This document shows positions 1 to 8,161 of a stretch of 21,641 nt of DNA, piece after piece. Both the position numbers and the translations under genes were made by a program. The notes under the pieces were generated by a model. That model was not told the DNA's origin, did not search any database, and was given only the letters and a program-made list of their open reading frames with translations. Positions within the stretch are counted from its first letter, which is position 1; each line of letters opens with the position of its first letter. Source of the DNA: an uncultured bacterium (GTDB lineage: Bacteria > Macinerneyibacteriota > Macinerneyibacteria > Macinerneyibacteriales > DSCS01); contig CAZJQC010000022.1 in assembly GCA_964548195.1 (NCBI GenBank), positions 1 through 21,641 on the forward strand, read 5' to 3'.

Positions 1-141
1 GACCATCTCCCTGACATGCTCGTAATCAAGGGCATAGGAATCGCAAAGGCTTTTGCACAATATATTTATGGAATCTGATTTACTGATCTCGCCGTCATGA
101 AATATTATCTGGCCCTTTTTGACATAGTCCTTCAGCTGCAT
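1..141 (-). CDS. 5' part (47 codons, runs off the window edge) of a probable PTS EIIA-type (fructose/Ntr family) domain protein
   Basis: Not in the ORF track. Hand translation of the reverse complement: MQLKDYVKKGQIIFHDGEISKSDSINILCKSLCDSYALDYEHVREMV, open to the edge, with a strong SD (AAAGGAGGAG, complement at 144-153). The pattern M-x-L-x-D-Y...I-I-F...SK...I..L...L resembles EIIA_2 N-termini. The ERE/STG motif and phospho-His would lie outside the window, so the product call is tentative. Confidence 0.6.
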   Translation of the reverse strand, partial: MQLKDYVKKGQIIFHDGEISKSDSINILCKSLCDSYALDYEHVREMV

Positions 142-166
142 TGCTCCTCCTTTATAAATAATGATT

Positions 167-194
167 ATAATAGTCAATGCTGTCGTCGTGTCAA
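167..194 (-). promoter_or_regulatory. Putative sigma70 promoter for the leftward gene
   Basis: On the minus strand, TTGACA (189-194), a 16-nt spacer and TATTAT (167-172). A perfect TATAAT (164-169) overlaps at 19-nt spacing. Confidence 0.55.
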
Positions 195-228
195 TGATTA
201 TTATCTGGAACAGCGGCTTCGATTTGTA

Positions 229-256
229 TTGAAACCTTAGCTGATTCTGTTATATT
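229..256 (+). promoter_or_regulatory. Putative sigma70 promoter (extended -10) for the carboxyltransferase-peptidase pair
   Basis: TTGAAA (229-234), 16 nt, TATATT (251-256) preceded by TGt. SD-like AAGGGGGT lies before ATG 282. Confidence 0.55.
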
Positions 257-281
257 CAAGCCGAAGAAAGGGGGTACCCGT

Positions 282-1823
282 ATGAAAATACGTTTCAATG
301 ATGTTTCTCTCAGGGACGGGCATCAAAGCCTTCTTGCCACCAGGATGACGACAAAGCAAATAATGTACGTGCTGGAAGTACTGAAAGAAGCGGACCTCAA
401 CAGCATCGAGGCCTGGGGCGGCGCCACTCTGGACGCCACAATGCGTTATCTGGATGAAGACCCTTGGGACAGACTCGATAAGATCTATAATATATTGGGT
501 CCTTCAATACCCATCAGAGCACTTTGCAGGGGACAAAACCTTTTCGGATACAACCCTTATCCGGATGCGATAGTGGATGAGTTCAACAGGACAGCGGTGA
601 GAAACGGCGTGGGTGTTATGAGGATATTCGACGCCCTCAACGACCCTCAGAACCTGACAACCTCCATTGCTGCGGTCAAAGGCGAGGGTGGTGTGTTTGA
701 CGGCGCGATCGCTTACACTACCGGGCCGGTATTTGACATTGATTATTTTGTGGGCTATGCCCAGTCTCTTAAATCAGCCGGCGCGGATATAATCACCGTC
801 AAGGATATGGCGGGACTGTTGTCGCCGGACATGACATACGGACTTATAAAAAGGCTTAAATCGGAAATAGGGCTGCCCATCCATCTTCACACACATACGA
901 CGCCGGGTTACGGACATCTCAGCGCGGTGATCGCCATGGCTCTGGGCGTGGATGCCGTTGACACCGCGTTTATGTCCATGAGCGGGGGGTCTTCATTGCC
1001 GTCAATAGAGATCTTATGCGCTTTTGCCAAGCGCATGGGGCGCAGCGTCAATTGTGACATGAAGCTGTTTAATGAAATAGACAACAGGCTGAGATGCGTG
1101 CGCAAGGAACTTGAGGCGTTTGACAGGCTCAACACCCCGATGCCTTTCCCCGTGGTCTTGCCGAAGCAGCTTGAACAGAAGATGGACCTGATCCTTGATC
1201 AGGTCGACAGAAAAGATTTTGAAACGGCCTTGTCCAATATGCATGACCTTGAGAAGATGTTTAATTTTTCTCCGCCGGATTATCTTGTGCTTGAAGCTCA
1301 GATCCCGGGCGGGATGTACACAAATCTGTTATCGCAGCTTGAGACCTTCAATGCCACGAGCAAGATAAAAGATGTGATGAAGGAAATACCGGAGGTCCGC
1401 AGGGACGCCGGATATCCCCCTCTTGTCACACCCACATCTCAGATCGTCGGAGTGCAGGCCGTGATGAATGTGATCAAAGGCCGTTATGAGATGATCACCG
1501 CGCCTTTCAAGGCTCTGGTGCAGGGCATCTACGGCAAGACCCCGTATCCCGTGGATCCCGATTTCAGAAAGAGGATCACCGGCTCTTCCGAGGCGAGGTT
1601 GTATGACAAGGAGGAGGTCGTATTTGACGATCCGTTCTGCAAGGAATGCGGGATGCCGTTATGTGAGAATGACAAAGACAGGCTGCTTTATCTGTTGTTC
1701 CCGCAGACCGCGGAGATCTTCCTTAAAACAAAAAGGATGGCTGATTATTCGGAGATAGTGCGTGAAGAATATGAAGAGATAGCGGATTTTTCAGAAAAGG
1801 TCGCCGACGGCGGATGGTTTTAG
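282..1823 (+). CDS. Pyruvate/oxaloacetate carboxyltransferase (PycB / OadA / transcarboxylase 5S-like; HMGL-like plus PYC_OADA domains), no biotinyl domain
   Basis: Motifs LRDGHQSLLATRM, EAWGGAT, RIFDALND, KDMAG, HLHTH, QIPGGM and GYPPLVTPTSQIVG. There is no AMKM biotin-attachment motif in the 513 aa. Confidence 0.9.
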   Translation: MKIRFNDVSLRDGHQSLLATRMTTKQIMYVLEVLKEADLNSIEAWGGATLDATMRYLDEDPWDRLDKIYNILGPSIPIRALCRGQNLFGYNPYPDAIVDEFNRTAVRNGVGVMRIFDALNDPQNLTTSIAAVKGEGGVFDGAIAYTTGPVFDIDYFVGYAQSLKSAGADIITVKDMAGLLSPDMTYGLIKRLKSEIGLPIHLHTHTTPGYGHLSAVIAMALGVDAVDTAFMSMSGGSSLPSIEILCAFAKRMGRSVNCDMKLFNEIDNRLRCVRKELEAFDRLNTPMPFPVVLPKQLEQKMDLILDQVDRKDFETALSNMHDLEKMFNFSPPDYLVLEAQIPGGMYTNLLSQLETFNATSKIKDVMKEIPEVRRDAGYPPLVTPTSQIVGVQAVMNVIKGRYEMITAPFKALVQGIYGKTPYPVDPDFRKRITGSSEARLYDKEEVVFDDPFCKECGMPLCENDKDRLLYLLFPQTAEIFLKTKRMADYSEIVREEYEEIADFSEKVADGGWF

Positions 1824-1837
1824 AGAGGGGATTTCAG

Positions 1838-4741
1838 ATGGACAACGCAGCGAACGGATTCATACTTGAAGAGATAAGGGACATAGCCGAGACCGATTCG
1901 GTGATGAAGATATACAGCCATGTAAAAACAGGAGCAAGGTTCGTCCATCTTGAAAACTCCGACGACAACAAGATGTTTTCAGTGACGTTCAGGACACCGC
2001 CGGCAGACAGCACCGGAGTGGCGCATATAATGGAACATTCCGTCTTATGCGGGTCGAAAAAATTCCCAACTAAAGACCCGTTCATCGAGCTGAACAAAAG
2101 CTCACTTAAGACCTTCCTTAACGCCATGACATTCGCGGACAAGACAATGTATCCGGTGGCCAGCCGCAATGTCAAAGATTTTTACAACTTGGTGGATGTG
2201 TATTGTGATGCTGTCTTCAATCCGCTTATATATGAAAACAAAAGCATTTTTTTACAGGAGGGTTGGAGATACGAGGAATCGGATTCCGGGCTTCAGATAA
2301 ACGGTGTGGTGTATAACGAGATGAAGGGCGCTTTTTCCTCACCGGAAAGCGTGGTCTTCCGCAAGATCACCAATCTTCTTTATCCTCAGAACACTTACGG
2401 TTATGTGTCAGGCGGGGATCCCGAGCACATACCGGAACTCACATACGACGGTTTTTTGGATTTTCATCGTAAATATTACAGCGCATCCAACAGTTTTATT
2501 TTCGCATACGGCGACCTTGACACCGGGGAGATGCTTGAATTCCTTGAAAAGAATTATCTTTCAGGATATTCCGCAGTGGATGTGGATTCCGAAATAGCGC
2601 CCCATCCGGCCGTGAACGCGTCGCGCGACGAGGACGACTATTATCCTGTGTCCGAAGGCGAGAGCACTGCGGAAAAGACATTTATGTCCTGCAATTTTTC
2701 AGTATGCGGCGCGGAAGACGTGGAGAAGGTCTTCGCATCGGATATACTGGAGTATATACTCATGGAAACTCCGGCATCGCCCCTGAGAAAAGCCCTCATC
2801 GAAAAGGGCATCGGCAAGGACGTGTCCGGTTACTTTTATGACGGCATCAGACAGCCGGCTCTTGCCTTTATTGTGAAGCAGTCGGATGAGGAAAAGAAAG
2901 GACTTTTTCTGTCCACGGTCATGGACACATGCCGCAGCCTCGCAACAGAGGGAATAGACCGGGGACTCATAGAGTCAGCGATCAATAAGTTCGAGTTTCA
3001 GCTCCGCGAAGGCGACTTCAGGGGCATGCCCAAAGGTCTGATATACAACATCACCGCTATGAAGGGATGGCTTTACGGGTTGAAGCCCTATGCTTACCTG
3101 GAGTTCGGGAGGCATATTGAGGGATTGAGAAAAAAGGCTTCCGAAGGCTATTTTGAGGACTTGATCACAGAGGTGATACTTGACAACCCCCACATGTCTG
3201 TTTTTGTATTAAAACCGAGGCAGGGGCTTCTGGAGGAGAGAAACAGCGAATTCCGCCGCAAGATGGCTCTGGCGGAAAAACAGTTTGACGCCGATCAGCT
3301 TTCACTGATGCGTATTGAAAAAGCGGAAATGGAGACATGGCAGAACACCCCGGACACCCGGGAGGCTGTGGCCTCTTTGCCCCGCCTTCTGAAGGAGGAC
3401 ATATCCGCCGAATCCGAGCGCATTGAATATAGTATGGCGGACATCAACGGTGTAAGGGCAGTCATCGTTCCCCAGGCCGCAAACGGCATCATCTATGCGG
3501 ATCTGTACTTTGATCCGGAGATGAGTTCCCCGGAATATTTTTCACTTTTAAGCCGTATGCTCGGCGCGGTAGGGGCCGCGGGCAGAAGCTACGAGGACAT
3601 ATCCACGGAAACAGACATATTGTTTGGCGGTTTCGGGGCGGCTGTCGGCACGTACACATCGGATGCACTGCCGGAAGACCCCAATCCGAGATTTGTGGTC
3701 TCCATGCGTTTCCTTGAAAAGAACGCGGAAAAGGCGTTGGAACTGGCGTGCCGTATACTCAAAAGCAGCGATTTCGGCAACAAGGCCAGGGTGAAGGAGA
3801 TCATACAGGAGATCCGCTCATCACTCGAATCTTCCATCATGTCGGCCGGCCACAGATTCGCGCTTAACCGCCTCGGGTCGTATTTCAGCGGCAGAAAGCT
3901 CTTTGAGGAGAAGACCTCCGGTAAAAGTTTTTATGAGTTTGTAAGGGAACTGGATGAAGATTTCGAGGCCCGGTGGGATGAGATACACGCCAACCTTGAA
4001 GACACCATGAAAAGGGTGCTGGTGAGGACGGGGATGATGGCCGCCTTCACCTGCGACGAGAGCTTCGGCTTTGATGACGCCCGGCACTGGATAGACACGA
4101 TCGCAGAGGGATTGGGCGAGTCGGGTGCAAAGCCCGTGACAACCGTTGCGCCCGCGAAGAACCTGGATGAGGGCATAGCCATACCCGGGCAGGTGCAATA
4201 TGTCGCCAGGGGGTATAATTTCAGAAGACTGGGGTATAAATATACCGGCGCTTTTCAGGTATTGTCCAACATGCTCAGGTACGGATATCTCTGGAACAAG
4301 GTGCGCGTAAACGGCGGAGCATACGGGGTCTTTTCCGTGTTCGCCCGTGACGGAGTAATGGCATTTTGTTCTTACAGGGACCCTCAGCTTGAAAAGACAT
4401 TGGACGCCTATCAGGGTATACCGGCATATATATCGGGACTGGATATCGGGGAGGCGGAGATGCTTGACCATATTATCGGCGCTGTGGGAGAACTTGATGC
4501 GCCGCTGACACCCTCGATGCGCGGAGAGAAGGCGGCTTCAATGATTTTAAAAGGCATGACGCATGCCGATATACAGCGCGAGCGCGGTGAAGTGTTGAAC
4601 TGCACGGCTTCCGAGATAAAAAAGCTTTCAGGCGTCATCAATGACGTGCTTCATGCCTCCGGTATTTGCGTGGTGGGCAGCGAATCGGTGTTAAGGGAAA
4701 ACAGCCGGCTGTTCGCGGAAGTAAAAAATATTTTCAACTAA
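1838..4741 (+). CDS. Insulinase-family M16C zinc metallopeptidase (presequence protease PreP/Cym1-like)
   Basis: Inverted zinc motif HIMEH in STGVAHIMEHSVLCGSKKFP, plus TFLNAMT, QEGW, GVVYNEMKG, LWNKVRVNGGAYG and SYRDP. ATG 1838 (SD GAGGGG) is preferred over the track's 1814, which overlaps the upstream gene. No signal peptide. Confidence 0.93.
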   Translation: MDNAANGFILEEIRDIAETDSVMKIYSHVKTGARFVHLENSDDNKMFSVTFRTPPADSTGVAHIMEHSVLCGSKKFPTKDPFIELNKSSLKTFLNAMTFADKTMYPVASRNVKDFYNLVDVYCDAVFNPLIYENKSIFLQEGWRYEESDSGLQINGVVYNEMKGAFSSPESVVFRKITNLLYPQNTYGYVSGGDPEHIPELTYDGFLDFHRKYYSASNSFIFAYGDLDTGEMLEFLEKNYLSGYSAVDVDSEIAPHPAVNASRDEDDYYPVSEGESTAEKTFMSCNFSVCGAEDVEKVFASDILEYILMETPASPLRKALIEKGIGKDVSGYFYDGIRQPALAFIVKQSDEEKKGLFLSTVMDTCRSLATEGIDRGLIESAINKFEFQLREGDFRGMPKGLIYNITAMKGWLYGLKPYAYLEFGRHIEGLRKKASEGYFEDLITEVILDNPHMSVFVLKPRQGLLEERNSEFRRKMALAEKQFDADQLSLMRIEKAEMETWQNTPDTREAVASLPRLLKEDISAESERIEYSMADINGVRAVIVPQAANGIIYADLYFDPEMSSPEYFSLLSRMLGAVGAAGRSYEDISTETDILFGGFGAAVGTYTSDALPEDPNPRFVVSMRFLEKNAEKALELACRILKSSDFGNKARVKEIIQEIRSSLESSIMSAGHRFALNRLGSYFSGRKLFEEKTSGKSFYEFVRELDEDFEARWDEIHANLEDTMKRVLVRTGMMAAFTCDESFGFDDARHWIDTIAEGLGESGAKPVTTVAPAKNLDEGIAIPGQVQYVARGYNFRRLGYKYTGAFQVLSNMLRYGYLWNKVRVNGGAYGVFSVFARDGVMAFCSYRDPQLEKTLDAYQGIPAYISGLDIGEAEMLDHIIGAVGELDAPLTPSMRGEKAASMILKGMTHADIQRERGEVLNCTASEIKKLSGVINDVLHASGICVVGSESVLRENSRLFAEVKNIFN

Positions 4742-4747
4742 AAAACG

Positions 4748-4772
4748 GCGGTGGTATGTTAAATACCACCGC
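4748..4772. terminator. Hairpin, probable intrinsic terminator after the peptidase
   Basis: Perfect 10-bp stem GCGGTGGTAT / ATACCACCGC with loop GTTAA, 6 nt after the stop. The U tail is weak on + (TTGT); the upstream A-run would give a U tail on the minus strand. Confidence 0.6.
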
Positions 4773-4785
4773 TTGTCCCCCGATT

Positions 4786-4836
4786 TTGACGTCTTGTCGG
4801 TTTTATCTTAAATTATCGGAAAAATGCTGTTATATT
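4786..4836 (+). promoter_or_regulatory. Putative promoter(s) of the RND operon
   Basis: TTGACG (4786-4791), 17 nt, TAAATT (4809-4814). Separately, an extended -10 TGtTATATT (4828-4836); the 10-mer CTGTTATATT is identical to 247-256. Confidence 0.5.
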
Positions 4837-4869
4837 ATATGCGGATTATCCTGCCCGGATGATCCGTGC

Positions 4870-4929
4870 ATGAAACATTTCTGCCTTGAAGAATGTCTAT
4901 TTGAGGACCGGCATGAAACGGGGGTATAA
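4870..4929 (+). other. Candidate 19-aa upstream ORF MKHFCLEECLFEDRHETGV
   Basis: ATG 4870 to TAA 4929, with a weak SD-like GGATGA (4857-4862) inside a hairpin. It ends 4 nt before the RND ATG at 4934. Translation is unproven. Confidence 0.25.
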
Positions 4930-4933
4930 AGCG

Positions 4934-7900
4934 ATGAATTATTCGGATCTTGTCATAAAAAGGCCAAAGGGTTTTGTCTTACTCTTCATTGTAATAATAG
5001 TCATGGGCATATATGCGTTTTACCATATACCCAAAGAGGATCTTCCTGTAGTCGACCATCCGAAACTGACCGTATGGGTGGGATGGCGCAAGCAATCTCC
5101 CGAAAATATAATCAAGTATGTCTCTTCCGTCATAGAAGAGGAGATCTACACCATAAAGGGCATACGCAAAGTGACGTCTCTGACACGGGAAGGCTTTTCC
5201 ACCATCACCCTTGAACTGGAAAAGGACGCCGATCCGAATTTTGAGATGTTTCTGGTCAATGAAAGGATGTCGGGGCTTAAGGATGACCTTCCCAATGACA
5301 TACAGGGGCCCATTGTAAGCGGTTATGTACCGGAAGACATAGGGGATACCACCTTTTTCAGCCTTTATCTTTCAAGCAACATCATGGACGGGTACAGCCT
5401 GACGAAGTTTTCCGAACGGGAACTCAAACGCACATTGTCCGAGATACCCGGCGTGGCTAATATAAGCGTACGTGGGGGCGTTGAACGGGAGCTTTACATA
5501 GAGTACGACCCCGCCACGATCGAGTACTACAACATACCGTTCAACAAGGTCTATGAAAAACTGATGAGCCTGAATAAAAAAATATCCATAGGCAATATAA
5601 GACGCTTTGACAAACGCATATATGTGACTTTTGTGAATGACGTGAAACTTGAGGATATTGAGAACTGGGAAGTGGACAAAGGCATCAAGCTTTCGCAGGT
5701 CGCAAAAGTCTATTTCAAGGATAAGGACCCTGCTCAGATCCACAAGATAAACGGCAGGCCGGCTGTCTATGTCATACTCACAAAGTCAGCGAAGGCCAAT
5801 GCCATCAATGTCTCTTCCGCCGTGATGAAAAAACTGGAGAGCCTTAAGAAGGAAAATCCGAACATATTTTACGAGGTCGCGGATAATGAGGGAGAAAAAG
5901 TAATGGAGGGTTATGACTCCATACTATTAAAAATAGCAGTCTCCGTTGTGGCCATATTTTTGGTGCTTTTTTCTTTCATGCGCCACATCAAGCCGTCGCT
6001 GATAACGATGTCATCCATATTTCTTTCGGTATCGTTCGCGGTCAATTATCTCTTTTTCGCGGGCGAAAGCCTTAACAAGTTTACACTGAGCGGCATAGCG
6101 CTTGCTTTCGGCCTTCTGGTCGATAATGCGGTGGTGGTGTACGAGAACATACACCGCCATTTTTATTCGGGTAAAAAGATCAGAGAGTCGATAAGCCTTT
6201 GCTTCAAGGAGATGTTTGTTCCGATAATAGCCTCGACGTTTACCACCATATGTGTGCTTCTGCCCTTTGTCTTTCTGCAGGAGGAACTTAAGGTATACTA
6301 CGTACCGTTTGCAAAGACCATAGTCTTCGCTTTGATCGCCTCGATCTTTATATCGTTTTCACTTATACCCATCGCATTCAGTTTTCTACATATTGAGTCG
6401 GACAAAAGGAAGAAAAAACATAAAAGCGTCAGGCTTTACCAGAGATATCTCGGGTTTATATTAAGAATACGCTGGATAGCCCTGGCTGTGATGGTATTTG
6501 TCATAGGATACAGTGTCTACGTGTTCATCGAGGACGTGGATAAAAGCAGCTTTTCCTGGGGCGGTTTCGATTATCCGCCGGAACTGCACTGCAACTTCAG
6601 GTCGGAGGCAAATGTCCCGGATTTCCGTTTAAAGGACGCAGTGAGCGAGTTTGAGGGGCTTATATCCGGCAATGAGATCGTTGACTTCTACCGTACATCC
6701 ATCTCTTCCCAATGGGCCACCATAATCATATATTTCAAGGAGGATTTCAAGGGAAGCGCTCCCGCGTACGCATTGAGGGAAAAGCTTAAGATATACGGGA
6801 ACAGGATGTCTCAGATCAATGTCCGCACCTGGGGGATCGGCCCCGATTTCGGAGGCGGCGGATTCATGGGGGGCGTAAGGTATTCTTCGACGGTCTGGCT
6901 TCAGGGTTATAATTACTCCAAACTGAAGCAGGAGGCCAAAAGGTTCAAAACGGTGCTTTTGTCATTCCGGGAAGTCTCCGACGTCAAATTGGGAGAGGTG
7001 TCCACCAACTCCATAAAAAAAGTGGTTGTCAACCTGGACCCTGAAAAGCTTGACATGTATGGACTTGAAACCGGCACGATCGCTGGCAAGGTGCGAGAGC
7101 TGGTGAGCGAATATACTGTCCAGAACGCCATTAAACTTGAAAGCGATTATATAAGTTTCACGTTGGCGCCTGAAGAGAAGATCGGCCTCTTTGAGTTACG
7201 GAACCTTTATATAGGAGGCGGTGTAAAACTGGGCGATATCGCGCTTGTGGAGCTTGAAGCAAGCACGAACCGGATCGAAAGGGAAAACCAGACCTACAGT
7301 TATCCGGTCTCCTTTGATTTTTCAGGGGGAAACCAGACGGAGGATGAGTTCAAGGAGACACTCAAGACCAATATAATCTATCCGCCCGGTTTTTCGCTCA
7401 AGACTGAGAACGACGAGCGGTGGTGGTGGGATGAGGACACCGACTATAATAAGATACTGGTGCTGCTCGGCTTCGCGGTCCTGCTCATATATATGATCAT
7501 CTCATCGCTTTATGAGAGCTATACCGAACCTTTTATAATACTGCTTACCCTGCCGCTGGCATTTATCGGCGTCATATGGCTGTATAAAATATTTCAGCTG
7601 AATTTTGGTGTGCATGCCATAATGGGGTCGATGCTCATGGCGGGCATTGTCGTAAACAATGCCATAATAATGGTCAACCATATCAATTATCTTAGGCGTG
7701 AAAAGGATGTCAAAAGGGTCTACGGGGTGATATTGGGCGCTTCCGACCGGTTGAGGCCGATACTGATAACGTCGCTTACCACCATAATGGGGCTTCTCCC
7801 CATCATCTTGCTTAAGGATAAAGGGGATGATTCTTCCACGGCGGATATCTGGAAACATCTAAGCTATGCGACCGTCGGAGGGCTTACCACATCGACTTTT

Positions 7901-8161
7901 TTCACATTGACGTTCATGCCCATGCTCTATTTTTTCTTCACGAAGAAGGACTCCGACGAGGAAGAATACCCGGGGACGGGAATATCGCGTCTGCTCAGAC
8001 GTATACGATGGAGAAAGGTCCCGGGGATGGCATTGAGGGAGGTAATCAGACTGCCTTATCATGTAAAAAACATGCCTCGCAGCGTTAAACGCGGGGTCGT
8101 ATATATTAAAGGGACAATACGCAGTATCAGAGACGGAAAGAGTAACAGAAAGGGGTTTTGA
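4934..8161 (+). CDS. RND-family efflux permease (AcrB/MdtBC-like fold), subunit 1, divergent, with a long basic C-terminal tail
   Basis: 1+5+1+5 TM pattern with two large periplasmic loops; GLLVDNAVVVYENI (TM4), GIVVNNAII (TM10), RLRPILITSLTT (TM11). Start 4934 (MNYSDLVIKRP) aligns with subunit 2 (MSLPKFSVKRP). In-frame ATG 4913 with SD GAGGA is an alternative start. Confidence 0.93.
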   Translation: MNYSDLVIKRPKGFVLLFIVIIVMGIYAFYHIPKEDLPVVDHPKLTVWVGWRKQSPENIIKYVSSVIEEEIYTIKGIRKVTSLTREGFSTITLELEKDADPNFEMFLVNERMSGLKDDLPNDIQGPIVSGYVPEDIGDTTFFSLYLSSNIMDGYSLTKFSERELKRTLSEIPGVANISVRGGVERELYIEYDPATIEYYNIPFNKVYEKLMSLNKKISIGNIRRFDKRIYVTFVNDVKLEDIENWEVDKGIKLSQVAKVYFKDKDPAQIHKINGRPAVYVILTKSAKANAINVSSAVMKKLESLKKENPNIFYEVADNEGEKVMEGYDSILLKIAVSVVAIFLVLFSFMRHIKPSLITMSSIFLSVSFAVNYLFFAGESLNKFTLSGIALAFGLLVDNAVVVYENIHRHFYSGKKIRESISLCFKEMFVPIIASTFTTICVLLPFVFLQEELKVYYVPFAKTIVFALIASIFISFSLIPIAFSFLHIESDKRKKKHKSVRLYQRYLGFILRIRWIALAVMVFVIGYSVYVFIEDVDKSSFSWGGFDYPPELHCNFRSEANVPDFRLKDAVSEFEGLISGNEIVDFYRTSISSQWATIIIYFKEDFKGSAPAYALREKLKIYGNRMSQINVRTWGIGPDFGGGGFMGGVRYSSTVWLQGYNYSKLKQEAKRFKTVLLSFREVSDVKLGEVSTNSIKKVVVNLDPEKLDMYGLETGTIAGKVRELVSEYTVQNAIKLESDYISFTLAPEEKIGLFELRNLYIGGGVKLGDIALVELEASTNRIERENQTYSYPVSFDFSGGNQTEDEFKETLKTNIIYPPGFSLKTENDERWWWDEDTDYNKILVLLGFAVLLIYMIISSLYESYTEPFIILLTLPLAFIGVIWLYKIFQLNFGVHAIMGSMLMAGIVVNNAIIMVNHINYLRREKDVKRVYGVILGASDRLRPILITSLTTIMGLLPIILLKDKGDDSSTADIWKHLSYATVGGLTTSTFFTLTFMPMLYFFFTKKDSDEEEYPGTGISRLLRRIRWRKVPGMALREVIRLPYHVKNMPRSVKRGVVYIKGTIRSIRDGKSNRKGF

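Noticed and set aside
282..1823. Carboxylase as a truncated pseudogene of pycB/oadA
   Set aside because: The catalytic motifs are intact, the next gene starts 14 nt later, and no biotinyl-domain remnant follows the stop.
4666..4929. 87-aa Cys-rich ORF spanning the peptidase-RND intergenic region
   Set aside because: It starts inside the peptidase gene and crosses a terminator-like hairpin and the predicted promoters. Only its last 19 codons (from ATG 4870) are kept as a candidate uORF.
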